Shown here in pieces: positions 1-9,173 of a stretch of 52,832 bases of DNA (positions are counted from its first letter, which is position 1; each line of letters opens with the position of its first letter). The DNA is from an uncultured Acidobacteriaceae bacterium (GTDB taxonomy: Bacteria; Acidobacteriota; Terriglobia; Terriglobales; Acidobacteriaceae): contig CAXTPN010000002.1 in the NCBI GenBank assembly GCA_964246125.1, positions 1-52,832 on the forward strand. The letters run 5' to 3'. Below the pieces are notes generated by a model that saw only the letters and a list, made by a program, of their open reading frames with translations, made no database searches and was not told the DNA's origin. Position numbers and translations under genes: made by a program.

Positions 1-87
1 CCTAGACCCTTTCCCGCCCCGGAGCGGATGGGAAAGCGCGTCCGTTCCACAACCGCAGTGCAACGCAACCGCTCAAGGAGAGCAGCC

Positions 88-1785
88 ATGCAGGATTCTT
101 CCGCCTTCCAATTCCTCGCCATCGACCAGATTCACGAATCCACCACCAACCCCCGCCGCACCTTCGATGAAGCCAAGCTGTACGAACTTGCCGAGTCCAT
201 CAAGCACAACGGCCTGATTCAGCCCATCACCGTCCGACCGAATAATCAAGGTTTCGAGATCGTCGCCGGAGCCAGACGTTATCGTGCCGCACAGCTTGCC
301 GAGTTGTTTTCGGTTCCCGCCCGTATCGTCGAGATCGACGACGCCAAGGCGCTCGAATGGCAGCTAGTCGAAAACAGCCAGCGGGTTGACGTGCATCCTT
401 ATGAGGAGGCGCAGGGCTTCCAACGTTTGCTCGATATTCCCAGCTACGACGTTGCAGCGTTGGTCGAGAAGTCAGGCAAGAGCGCAAGCCATGTCTATGC
501 CCGTCTTTCCCTCTTGCAACTCATCCCCACTGTGGCCGAGGCGTTCACTCAGGAGCGCATCACCGCCAGCCACGCCAACCTTATCGCCCGTCTCCCGCAG
601 GAGAGCCAGGCCGAAGCCTTCGAGCAATGCTGGCGCAAGGACTGGCAGGACAAAGAGCCGCACCTGCTACCCGCCAAGTACGTTGCCGCGTGGATACAGG
701 CCAACCTCTATCTCTCCCTCGCGGATGCACCGTTCGACCGCGAAGACCCGACCCTAAACCCCGCCGCCGGAGCTTGCGTCACCTGCCCCCGTCGCAGCGG
801 ATTCAACACCGCGCTTTTTGCCGACGTGGTTTCCGACCAGTGCCTCGATTCAAGCTGCTACAACAGCAAGGTTGAGGCATTCCTTGACCGGGAGATTGCC
901 GCCCATCCCGGACTCGTTCAGATTGAGAACGGTTGGCGCAATCCAAAGGAACAGCGACCCGGAGCCGTGCAACGCGGCCACGTTCGAGAGATTACTGACG
1001 TGATCGACAACCCGGACGCGGAACCCGTGATGCCGTGTGAAGCTGCCAGGCCAGCAATCGTCGTCTACGGCAAGCAGCTTGGCCGCAAACTGACCGTATG
1101 CACGGACAAGCATTGCCCGGTGCATGACCCACAGACAGCAGCCGAACGCGCCGCCCCCCCTGTGCCGACGATGCCACCGCCGCAGGAGACCGAGACGGAG
1201 GAGGAAGCCGCAGAACGGAAAGCCGAGTTCGAGCGGCAGAGAGCCGAGTACGAGGAAGAGCGGCAGCACCGAGAGGACGAGCGCAAGCAGCAGTTCGAAC
1301 GGGAGCAAGCGGAGATCGCAGCCGAGCGCAACCGCAAAGCTGAAATTCTGAAAGCACGCCGAGTCACATTCGAGCGCATTATCGAAGAGGCACCTACTTC
1401 TTTCAGCCCCGCACAGATGCGCGTCTTCCTTCACTTCCTCATCCACCTCGACTACAGCTTCCTTGAGGAAGTAGCCAATCACTTCGCAAACGGCGATGAG
1501 AACGCGGAACAGTCAGATGATGAAATCGTATTGGCCGCATTGAATGGCGCCGCAGACGAGAAGCTAACCGGCCTGGCCTTACGCCTCGTCCTCTCTGACC
1601 ACGTCGGCATTCCGCACGAAAGCCAACCGGACTTGCTCACTGAGGCCGAGCAGGTTTTTGCACCGAAGAAGCCGAAGGCGCTCAAAGCGAAGGGGGACGC
1701 TTCGGGCAAGCCTAAGCCCCAGCCCAAGCCGACAACCCTAGCAACCGCCGCCAAGAAGCACACGAGCAAGAAGAAAGCTGCTTAG
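88..1785 (+). CDS. ParB/RepB/Spo0J family protein, long ICE/plasmid-associated type
   Basis: N-terminal ParB domain (NPRRTFDE..LAESIK..GLIQPITVRP..IVAGARRYRAA, LVENSQR), an HTH, Cys-rich segments and a charged coiled region. AAGGAG lies before the ATG at 88, so the ORF-track start at 28 is probably too long. Confidence 0.9.
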   Translation: MQDSSAFQFLAIDQIHESTTNPRRTFDEAKLYELAESIKHNGLIQPITVRPNNQGFEIVAGARRYRAAQLAELFSVPARIVEIDDAKALEWQLVENSQRVDVHPYEEAQGFQRLLDIPSYDVAALVEKSGKSASHVYARLSLLQLIPTVAEAFTQERITASHANLIARLPQESQAEAFEQCWRKDWQDKEPHLLPAKYVAAWIQANLYLSLADAPFDREDPTLNPAAGACVTCPRRSGFNTALFADVVSDQCLDSSCYNSKVEAFLDREIAAHPGLVQIENGWRNPKEQRPGAVQRGHVREITDVIDNPDAEPVMPCEAARPAIVVYGKQLGRKLTVCTDKHCPVHDPQTAAERAAPPVPTMPPPQETETEEEAAERKAEFERQRAEYEEERQHREDERKQQFEREQAEIAAERNRKAEILKARRVTFERIIEEAPTSFSPAQMRVFLHFLIHLDYSFLEEVANHFANGDENAEQSDDEIVLAALNGAADEKLTGLALRLVLSDHVGIPHESQPDLLTEAEQVFAPKKPKALKAKGDASGKPKPQPKPTTLATAAKKHTSKKKAA

Positions 1786-1800
1786 CTCAGTATCAATTAT

Positions 1801-1826
1801 GGCCCCGGGTCCGCCGGGGCCGTTTT
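1801..1826 (+). terminator. Rho-independent terminator after parB
   Basis: GGCCCCGG-gtccg-CCGGGGCC perfect 8-bp stem followed by GTTTT, 15 bp after the parB stop. Confidence 0.8.
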
Positions 1827-1914
1827 GTGTCTTGACGTAGAAACCGAATGTCAGTCACCCTTGGTCGACAGATCGCCGTATCGCTGAGTAGCTGTCAATC
1901 ACGAAGTGATGTCG

Positions 1915-2400
1915 TCATAGCGCCGTCCATCTTCCATCTATAGTGAGGATACTTCCGTGCATGAAGTCAGCAGCTGGAGAGCAGAGATAGCGCATCAGAC
2001 TTGCTACTTCGGCCGGCTAGCCAAGCCGTCCTAATGGCTGTCGTGCTTCTAGAGCTTTGTGGGTTGCTTCTTCTTTACCAGAGTGAAAGCGCTCCAGGTA
2101 GCCAGCCACGAACCGGCTATCCACCGTTTCCGAGCAAATGCAAATGACCCGCAACTCCTTGGGTAGTCGGCGGCAAGCTGTCGCGTCGTCGCAATGACCG
2201 CACCCGTTGAGACGCAATAAGCAAAGCGCTGCTTGATGCCGACCAGGCCGGCGACCAAGGCAATATTTACCCCCTTGCCCTGGGGCACGCAGCAGATGCG
2301 GCAATAACGCGTGTGACCAGGTAGACCGGGTCGGTGTCGACGCGCATCAAGCGGGCAATCGATGATACGTACGGAAGCCGTTGGCAATACGCCTCACACA
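1915..2400 (-). pseudogene. Decayed, 5'-truncated SDR family oxidoreductase
   Basis: Joining frames gives ..LMRVD..VYLVTR/LPHLL../VNIALVAGLVGIKQRFAYCVSTGAVIATTRQLAADY/PKELRVICIC..ARQPLGRLG*PAEVASLMRYLCSPAADFMHGSILTIDGRWTAL*. This is a typical SDR C-terminal half with frameshifts, an internal stop and YxxxK mutated to YCVST. Confidence 0.8.
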
Positions 2401-2421
2401 CCTTTATTGCCGTCGAGAAGC

Positions 2422-4308
2422 CTACTGAATAGGAACCGGGATCTTCTTCAATTCTTCAACCAATTGCGCCAACTTGATCGCTTGGTCTCCAGTGAGGTGG
2501 TCGCTCAATTGTTCCAACGAGAAGACGGGCGTAATGCCAGTTCGCGGGATTTCAGGGAAGTACTTATCCAGAAGAGCTTTCGTGCGAGGGTCAGCGAGCA
2601 ATTCGCCAATTGTGAACTCGATCGAGTAGTGCTGAGGTTTGACCTCTATCGGAATCGCATTCGGTGCCTTCTCGATCGTCGGGTCACCGATCCATCTCGC
2701 CAAGAGGGTCTGAACATGATCTGCAATCAGCTTCTCGTCGACCGAGTCTGTCTTCGTGAAGCGCAGCATCGACGCCGCAAGCATCAGCCTAAACGCCTGC
2801 ATCCCTCCACGGACGTAGCCCAATTTGTACGTCTTCATCTGCCATGGATCAATGAGATCAACTTGATATGGCCCGCTGCCCTCCAAATCTACCTCCGTAA
2901 AGTCGGACGGACGCGCATAAGGGGACTCCACCCATAGAAGGTAGAACTGCCCTTTCATCGCCAGAGCCGGCGCGCCTTGCGCGACTTCCGGTGAGGGCAC
3001 CAGATTCTGGAAGGGCGCAGCGGTCATCACGGACTTGAGGAATCCAAGTCGTTGGGGACTATCTCCAACCAGTTCCCCACCGGAAGCCCACCACAGCACA
3101 CCACCTGGATGCACGAATGTCTCGCCGTGAGACGCATACCCGCCTTGCATCGTGATTTCCCAGTGGCGATACACTTCCTCTTTAGCGGAGAGGGTACCCC
3201 AGCCTTCTCCGTTGTTGCCTTCGTAGCCATATTCGTCAACAACAGTGGGCTTGTTGTATTTCGCGCGAGCGGCCAGGAGTCGCCGACCGGGATGCCCCCC
3301 ACCATCCTGGATGATGGTGTGGGTAATCCAAGGCTTTGAGTGGTCGTACCAAGTGGCAATGTTGTGGATACCCCGGAGGTGACCATAAGGATCGCTTTTC
3401 TCAAGGACCCGAAACATGCGGTCCCAATCTTTTACCTTTTGGCCTGGTGTGATCGCCGGATCGAAGAGATCATATTCGTTCGCCATCGTCCACCAGACAT
3501 TTCGATAAGCCGAAAAGCGAGCCGCTACATACTGGATGTATGCGTCGTCGTGCGCGGCGTCCATCGTCGCGAAGCCGAGATGGTCGTAAGGGTGGAACAG
3601 GATAATGTCGGCTTCAATGCCCAGGCGTTGTAGATCTTCAAGCCGCTTCTCGACGTGTTGGAAGAACTCCGGATTGAAGCGTTCAAGATCAAATTTTTGA
3701 GGTCCATTTTCAACATATGGGTAGGCCGCCGGTTCAACACGATTGAACTCGTACCACTTCGGAAACAAGCCGAAGCGCACTTTGGTGAAGGGGTTCTTAC
3801 TCAGAGTTTGGAGTGTCTGGGTCTGCAGCTCTTCGTCGCGGTTCAACCAGTTGTAAAGAGTCGTCCCGAGAAGAAAATATGGCGTTTGATCCGCGTATGA
3901 GAAGTGGAAGGTTTTTGCGACACGAACGGGCCCGTGATTCTGAGGCGAAGGTTTGACGACCACGAAACTACCGGATTGATCCTTCAAATGTGGGTCATTG
4001 GAAACCGTAGTAAAGGTCCACTTCCCAAGCTTCTCGGGCATGAAGCGAACCCGCCAGGTTTGGTTCCCATCGTAAAAACCCGACACCTGAATCGTTTGAC
4101 CTCCCGAGGTGAAACGCGCTCGAAGTTGGACGTCCTCGAACGGATTGTCATAATGCTCCTGTGACTGTACCGAGACTTCTTCGACGCCCCACTGCTCGAC
4201 CTGGGCAGAGCCGATCGAAGCTTGCGCGAGACCTTGTCCGCATGTGAGCAGACTGATTGTGAATGCCATCAACAATCCCGGTGCAACGCTTCTCGTTCCC
4301 TGTTTCAT
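2422..4308 (-). CDS. Secreted DUF5060-DUF4038 (apiosidase-like)-DUF5605 glycoside hydrolase with an extra C-terminal helical domain
   Basis: Signal peptide; NPFEDV..GFYDG..WRVRFMP..GKWTF (DUF5060); TIM-barrel segment with WWTMANEYD and DEYGYEG; YASHGET..LWWASGG; IDPWQM (DUF5605-like). Confidence 0.8.
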   Translation of the reverse strand: MKQGTRSVAPGLLMAFTISLLTCGQGLAQASIGSAQVEQWGVEEVSVQSQEHYDNPFEDVQLRARFTSGGQTIQVSGFYDGNQTWRVRFMPEKLGKWTFTTVSNDPHLKDQSGSFVVVKPSPQNHGPVRVAKTFHFSYADQTPYFLLGTTLYNWLNRDEELQTQTLQTLSKNPFTKVRFGLFPKWYEFNRVEPAAYPYVENGPQKFDLERFNPEFFQHVEKRLEDLQRLGIEADIILFHPYDHLGFATMDAAHDDAYIQYVAARFSAYRNVWWTMANEYDLFDPAITPGQKVKDWDRMFRVLEKSDPYGHLRGIHNIATWYDHSKPWITHTIIQDGGGHPGRRLLAARAKYNKPTVVDEYGYEGNNGEGWGTLSAKEEVYRHWEITMQGGYASHGETFVHPGGVLWWASGGELVGDSPQRLGFLKSVMTAAPFQNLVPSPEVAQGAPALAMKGQFYLLWVESPYARPSDFTEVDLEGSGPYQVDLIDPWQMKTYKLGYVRGGMQAFRLMLAASMLRFTKTDSVDEKLIADHVQTLLARWIGDPTIEKAPNAIPIEVKPQHYSIEFTIGELLADPRTKALLDKYFPEIPRTGITPVFSLEQLSDHLTGDQAIKLAQLVEELKKIPVPIQ

Positions 4309-4353
4309 TGCTATTCCCTCTCAAGTTCCGGCCTTCACCCGAATTCTTGGGCG

Positions 4354-5601
4354 CTACTCGAAGTCTTCGATTTTCCATTCAGATCGCCACTCGATGACAG
4401 GGCGATCCCCCTCGAATCGGACCGGCAGCCAGACATAGCGGGCCAGAGACGTGTTGATATTCAGGTCCGTATCCATCAACCGCTGTTCGGGTTCTGTCAG
4501 CTGTTCGGGGGGATCGGAAAAGCGCTTTCGGAACACGCTTTGCACCATGGCCGAAAGGTTGCCACTCTCGAACTCTTGACCTTCGATAGGTCCTCTCCAC
4601 CGGTCGGCCACGGCAATATAAAGATCCTTCTTCTTGGGGTGACGAAAAATGCAACTGATCTGGGAATTGAAGGAGGTTCGAGACCGGTCGCTTGGGTGCA
4701 AGTCGCCTAAAACCCGAAATGGCCCGTGAAACGTCTCGGCCACCGCGATCTCTGAAGGATTCGGGTAGTAGCCGGTGGTTCCGGATGTTGCAAGATAGTG
4801 CTTTCCGTGCCGAAAGAAGTGCGCGGGCCCTTCTCGGACGAATGGCGGTCCAGGCTCTGGGAAATGGGTGCTGTAGTACCATGTAAAGTCCGTGTAGTCC
4901 GCTGTCAGATCTGCGCAGATCATTTCGGTGTGGACACGTTCGAAGTACATGTATCCTTTACCGTCGGCTGGGCTAACGACCAGGTCGAAATCTCCAGCGT
5001 TCATCCCCAAAGGCTGCAAATCGTGACGGACGATAGAATAAGGACCGCGGATTCTATCAGCTACCAACACGGTTCGGGTTTGCTTAAACCCCGAGCTCAT
5101 CAACTTGATCCAGCAAACGAATTTGCCAGTTTCCTTGTTGAAAAGGATATGCGGACGGTCGAGAAACGCAGACGGAGCAAGCGGCGAATTCCGATCTCGG
5201 GTGTCGGGTGGAATGATGAGCCCAAGATCACGCCAGTTGTAAAGATCGGTTGATTCGTAGCAACGGACACCCCATGTCCAGACATCCGTCTTGCCCGTTG
5301 TGAATTCTTTGTTTTCGCCGTACCAGTAGTAGTTACCACCAACCTCGATGATCGAGCCACCATGCGCTTGAATGGGCTTGCCCGAGGTGTCCAGCCAGAC
5401 TTCACCAGGTCGAAACGAGTGGTATGGAGAACCGACTTCCCCGCCTCTAGCGGAAACTGGTAATGCGAAGCTGGTTGCAAGCGCAGCCCCCCCGATAAGG
5501 AAGCTCCTCCTCGTCAAGGAGTCTGCTGCACCTTCGGCTTCTGTTTGAGATTGTGCTGCAGATGCGGGAATTGCGCTTCCCTGCCCAACTGTGAACCTCA
5601 T
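4354..5601 (-). CDS. GH43 family glycoside hydrolase (CtGH43/GH43_24-like), Tat-exported
   Basis: TRRSFL Tat motif; WLDTSGKPIQAHGG, YYWYGENK, AGDFDL, REGPA, SQIS and YVWLP motifs of a five-bladed propeller. Confidence 0.85.
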   Translation of the reverse strand: MRFTVGQGSAIPASAAQSQTEAEGAADSLTRRSFLIGGAALATSFALPVSARGGEVGSPYHSFRPGEVWLDTSGKPIQAHGGSIIEVGGNYYWYGENKEFTTGKTDVWTWGVRCYESTDLYNWRDLGLIIPPDTRDRNSPLAPSAFLDRPHILFNKETGKFVCWIKLMSSGFKQTRTVLVADRIRGPYSIVRHDLQPLGMNAGDFDLVVSPADGKGYMYFERVHTEMICADLTADYTDFTWYYSTHFPEPGPPFVREGPAHFFRHGKHYLATSGTTGYYPNPSEIAVAETFHGPFRVLGDLHPSDRSRTSFNSQISCIFRHPKKKDLYIAVADRWRGPIEGQEFESGNLSAMVQSVFRKRFSDPPEQLTEPEQRLMDTDLNINTSLARYVWLPVRFEGDRPVIEWRSEWKIEDFE

Positions 5602-5730
5602 TTGTTTGCCTCTGCAATCAAGAGTTGAACCGCTTTCAACTCGACCACACTTCCATCCTGGATAGACTGATGGATCGGATTGTCAAACCTGCACCGGATG
5701 CCATTCAGAGCGAAATCAGTCTCAGTTTTG

Positions 5731-5803
5731 TGTCATTTTACGCAGACCTTGACAGTCTCTGCCATACGGGAGGACTATAGACATCGCGACGACTAGTTGT
5801 CAA
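5731..5803. promoter_or_regulatory. Tandem operator (copy 1) with promoter, between the divergent GH43 and GH1 genes
   Basis: TGTCA-TTTTA-CGCAG (5731-5745) and TGACA-GTCTC-TGCCA (5750-5764). Minus-strand TTGACA (5803-5798)-N18-TATAGT (5779-5774). Possible plus-strand TTGACA (5749-5754)-N18-GACTAT. Confidence 0.75.
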
Positions 5804-6015
5804 TGAGAAGTTCTAAGGTTCTCCAGATGTGTCCTGATTGGCAAGATCAACTCGGTGGCAAAGGAACTTTGTAAGCGACGCCCTGGAGATATTGGCGCGG
5901 CCGCTCGGCGGAGCCCTCGATCGCATATGGCACTCGGCAGAACATGAACTTCGATGATCCCAGCTATCGCCGTTACACAATAAGTCGTGGGTAAACTCGC
6001 GAAGGGAAAGATCAA

Positions 6016-7362
6016 ATGAAAGAGTTGACACGCAGAACGCTACTCGGCGGCGGTGCACTTTTGGCTGGCGACTTGCTCGTGCGCAAGGCCGTGGGAGCAC
6101 CGCAGCAGCACCTCTTTCCAGACGGATTCCTGTGGGGAGCCTCGACTGCCGGTCACCAGATTGAAGGCAACGATCTTGGTTCGGATCTATGGGTGCTCGA
6201 AAACGTTCAACCAACGATCTATGTGGAACGGTCCGGCGACGCCGACGACAGCTACAACCGCTATGAGGAAGACATTACGCTATTGCGATCGTTCGGTCTG
6301 AACGCGTACCGCTTCTCCATTGAATGGTCGCGCATCGAACCGACAAAAGACAAATTCTCCGTAGCGGAGCTTGATCACTATAAACGCATGATCGAGTTCT
6401 GCCGCGGACGGGGCGTCGCCCCGTCGGTTACGTTTCATCACAATGCCTCGCCAGCATGGTTCGCTGCGGAAGGTGGGTGGCTCTCAAAAGACTCCTCTGC
6501 ATTGTTTGGAAGGTACTGTGACAAGGCGGCTCGCGCGCTCGCGGATCAGATGGAAGTCGCCTTCACTATCAATGAACCACAGGCATCAGAGGTGATCATA
6601 TGGATTCCGGGGGCTGCGGAATATCTTGGCAGCTGGACGACCTCGCCCGATTCGGGCTTTCGAAAGATGAAAGCTGCCGGCGCTAAAGCGGTCGGCTCGT
6701 CGGTCTTTGAGCCGATGTTCCTGACCGATCCGAGGATTGCGACTCCGAATATCATCAATGCGCATCACGAAGCATTTGCCGCGATCAAGGCAGTGCGTGG
6801 GAACCTTCCGACGGGCGTCCCACTTGCTGTGCCAGATTTTCAGGGTGTCGGGCCTTCAAACCGGCTCGAAGAAGCTCGCAAATTTATCTTTGGTCCATGG
6901 ATAGAAGCGGCAAAGAAGTCGGGAGACTTCGTCGGCGTGCAGAATTACACCCGTTATAGGGTCGATGCAAGGGGACCCCAGTTGCCGCCCAAAGACGTTC
7001 CAATGCCCACCGGTGGAGAGGAAATCTACCCGCAGAGTCTCGCGAACGCTGTGACCTACATCCACCACGCGACAGGTAAGCCAATCATCGTCAGTGAGCA
7101 TGGCATCAACACGACGAATGACCCCCAACGCGTCAAGCTCATCGATGATGCGTTGATTCACCTTCGCAATGCTATTGCTGCAGGGGTGCCAGTCCTTGGT
7201 TACTACCATTGGTCGCTTCTCGACAACTTCGAATGGTTCTCGGGCTACACTCCGAAGTTTGGCCTGGTAGCCGTTGATCGCAACAACTTCGTTCGCACTC
7301 CAAAGCCGAGTGCGTTCCATCTCGGGTCCATTGCTAGAACCAATGGGTCCAATCTGACCTGA
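6016..7362 (+). CDS. GH1 family beta-glycosidase, Tat-exported
   Basis: TRRTLL Tat motif; FPDGFLWGASTAGHQIEG; acid/base motif INEP; nucleophile motif VSEHG; WSLLDNFEW. Confidence 0.92.
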   Translation: MKELTRRTLLGGGALLAGDLLVRKAVGAPQQHLFPDGFLWGASTAGHQIEGNDLGSDLWVLENVQPTIYVERSGDADDSYNRYEEDITLLRSFGLNAYRFSIEWSRIEPTKDKFSVAELDHYKRMIEFCRGRGVAPSVTFHHNASPAWFAAEGGWLSKDSSALFGRYCDKAARALADQMEVAFTINEPQASEVIIWIPGAAEYLGSWTTSPDSGFRKMKAAGAKAVGSSVFEPMFLTDPRIATPNIINAHHEAFAAIKAVRGNLPTGVPLAVPDFQGVGPSNRLEEARKFIFGPWIEAAKKSGDFVGVQNYTRYRVDARGPQLPPKDVPMPTGGEEIYPQSLANAVTYIHHATGKPIIVSEHGINTTNDPQRVKLIDDALIHLRNAIAAGVPVLGYYHWSLLDNFEWFSGYTPKFGLVAVDRNNFVRTPKPSAFHLGSIARTNGSNLT

Positions 7363-7746
7363 TGTCCAGGCCACCCGAGTCTCTGCAGCGATTGGAAGCT
7401 ATTCTCTGTGCTCAAGATCCCATGGCAATGGGAATGCTTGGATAATGCCTCACTGTCTTTGCGAAGCTTGCGTTGGCCCACCGGTTTCAGGCACTGGCGT
7501 GGCTTACTGCCCCTTGTCCAGCAGTGAAGTTCGCAAAGCGCATTCGCAATACTCGTATGCCTTTACGCGGCAGGATTTCATCAAGAGGTAAACAATTGCG
7601 GAGAGATCTAGAATGGAACTGGTTTTAACCACTTCAGGATCTTACCGCCAAGTCACTCATCAACTTCAAGGTATGAGAGTTGCTTGATTCTGATGCGTCC
7701 TCAGCAACCAGCAATGCCGGCTGAAATGAAGCGATACTCAACGGCT

Positions 7747-9159
7747 TCATTCTTGTCTCAGATGGTGGTAGACATCCCATCCCATGTAGGTTCCGAGTGC
7801 CTCCGCGACTGGAGCAGCGCAATGGCTTCCGTTCATCGCGGCATGGTGTTCGAAACCGTTCCGGCAGATCACCTGCATGAGCTTCTGAAGCTGTGGAATG
7901 CTGGCAACCGCCCGGGTGCCGAAGGTGTTCAAGGGATCGTCCGTAAACAGACCTTCGCCGACGTAGGCGCGAATCTTTCCGCCCAGATCGTCCGTGCTGA
8001 CGCGCCCGAACGTGAGCGGCCCGGCCGGCGTGCGGCCTTCGAGCGCGCCCACGGTGTTCTGTTCGCCGAGCACGGTTCCGAGGATGGGCGCCGTGCCGAT
8101 GCGAATGTCGGGCAGGAAATCCTTCGCCCAATTGCCGCAGTGAAACAGAACGCACTTATCCGGATCGTTGCCGTAATTGTTGTTCCAGTCCACGAGGGCT
8201 GAGGGCTTCTGCGAGGCAAGCTGCAAGGCATACATGCTGACGACGCCCGCGATATCGACCTCGCAGGCGGAGGGCAGCATCTGCTCGGACATCATGGACA
8301 TGATGGTGCACACGTTGACCCCAAAGTTCTTCTGCATGGACGACCAGCACTGAATCGCAGTTGCGGTCAGGCCCAGGTCGCGCATCCAGTCGTCGACCAC
8401 GAGCGCGAACTTCGCCATCTTGACCAGGCTTTCGCTGGGTGCGGCGGAGGCGTCCGCATAGCTGCGAATCTGATCGATGCGCTGCTTCACCCGGACGTCG
8501 CTATCGGAGATCAAGGCGGTCGAACCAAATACCTCCGAGAGGTCGATCGTGTTGACGGAGATACCGGCGGCCTCAAAGAGCTTCTCGCTGAAGCGAGTGG
8601 TGTTGAAGGCATTCGGCCTCGCTCCGACAGCACCGAGACGCACACGCCTGAGCCCGCGGGTGACCCGGCAGGTGGCTAGGAAGTTCAGGAGGTCCTCGCG
8701 GAATCGCGGGTCCGGAATGCCGACCGTGTGGTCGCGCGTCAGGGTGTACTTGAATCCGTATTGACGAAGATTGTTGCAGGCGGAGATCTTGCCGCAGAAG
8801 GCATCGCGGCGGCGCTCGAGCCCGAACGCGTCGAGGTCATCCGGGCAGGCCTGGACCAGGATGGGCACGTTCAGCTCGGAGAGGCGAATGGCATCCGAGA
8901 GCGCTTTTTCGTCGCCAAAGTTCGGCAGGCATACCAGGATGCCTTCAATGCTTGCGCGTTGATTGCGGAAGAGCTCGCCGCACTTGACTGCGTCGGCCCA
9001 GCTCTGCACGTCCCCGAGCTTCGTCTCCGCACTCGTCAGCCACACGGGCGTTATCTCCAGCTCCGCAAAGAGCCCGGTGAGCTGCTTGCGTGCTTCTGCG
9101 ATGAGCGAGTCGGGGAAGAAGTCGCGATTGCCGAGGATGACGCCGAGGGGACTAGGCAT
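7747..9159 (-). CDS. L-fucose/L-arabinose isomerase family protein (candidate apiose isomerase)
   Basis: GNRDFFP, LPNFGDE, RRDAFCGKIS, AIQCW, ACEVD, FHCGN and NGFEHH motifs; last gene of the transketolase/kinase/ABC operon. Confidence 0.8.
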   Translation of the reverse strand: MPSPLGVILGNRDFFPDSLIAEARKQLTGLFAELEITPVWLTSAETKLGDVQSWADAVKCGELFRNQRASIEGILVCLPNFGDEKALSDAIRLSELNVPILVQACPDDLDAFGLERRRDAFCGKISACNNLRQYGFKYTLTRDHTVGIPDPRFREDLLNFLATCRVTRGLRRVRLGAVGARPNAFNTTRFSEKLFEAAGISVNTIDLSEVFGSTALISDSDVRVKQRIDQIRSYADASAAPSESLVKMAKFALVVDDWMRDLGLTATAIQCWSSMQKNFGVNVCTIMSMMSEQMLPSACEVDIAGVVSMYALQLASQKPSALVDWNNNYGNDPDKCVLFHCGNWAKDFLPDIRIGTAPILGTVLGEQNTVGALEGRTPAGPLTFGRVSTDDLGGKIRAYVGEGLFTDDPLNTFGTRAVASIPQLQKLMQVICRNGFEHHAAMNGSHCAAPVAEALGTYMGWDVYHHLRQE

Positions 9160-9173
9160 GTTGGTGGCCTCTC

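Noticed and set aside
1140-1345. Glu/Arg/Gln-rich repetitive stretch in parB
   Set aside because: Low-complexity coiled-coil coding sequence, not a discrete DNA repeat.
5641-5686. Second TGTCAA (-35-like) element upstream of GH43
   Set aside because: No good -10 box at 17-18 bp and no clear operator unit at the expected distance.
7363-7746. Gap between the convergent GH1 and isomerase genes as a possible gene relic
   Set aside because: The frames I translated gave nothing recognisable; BLASTx is needed.
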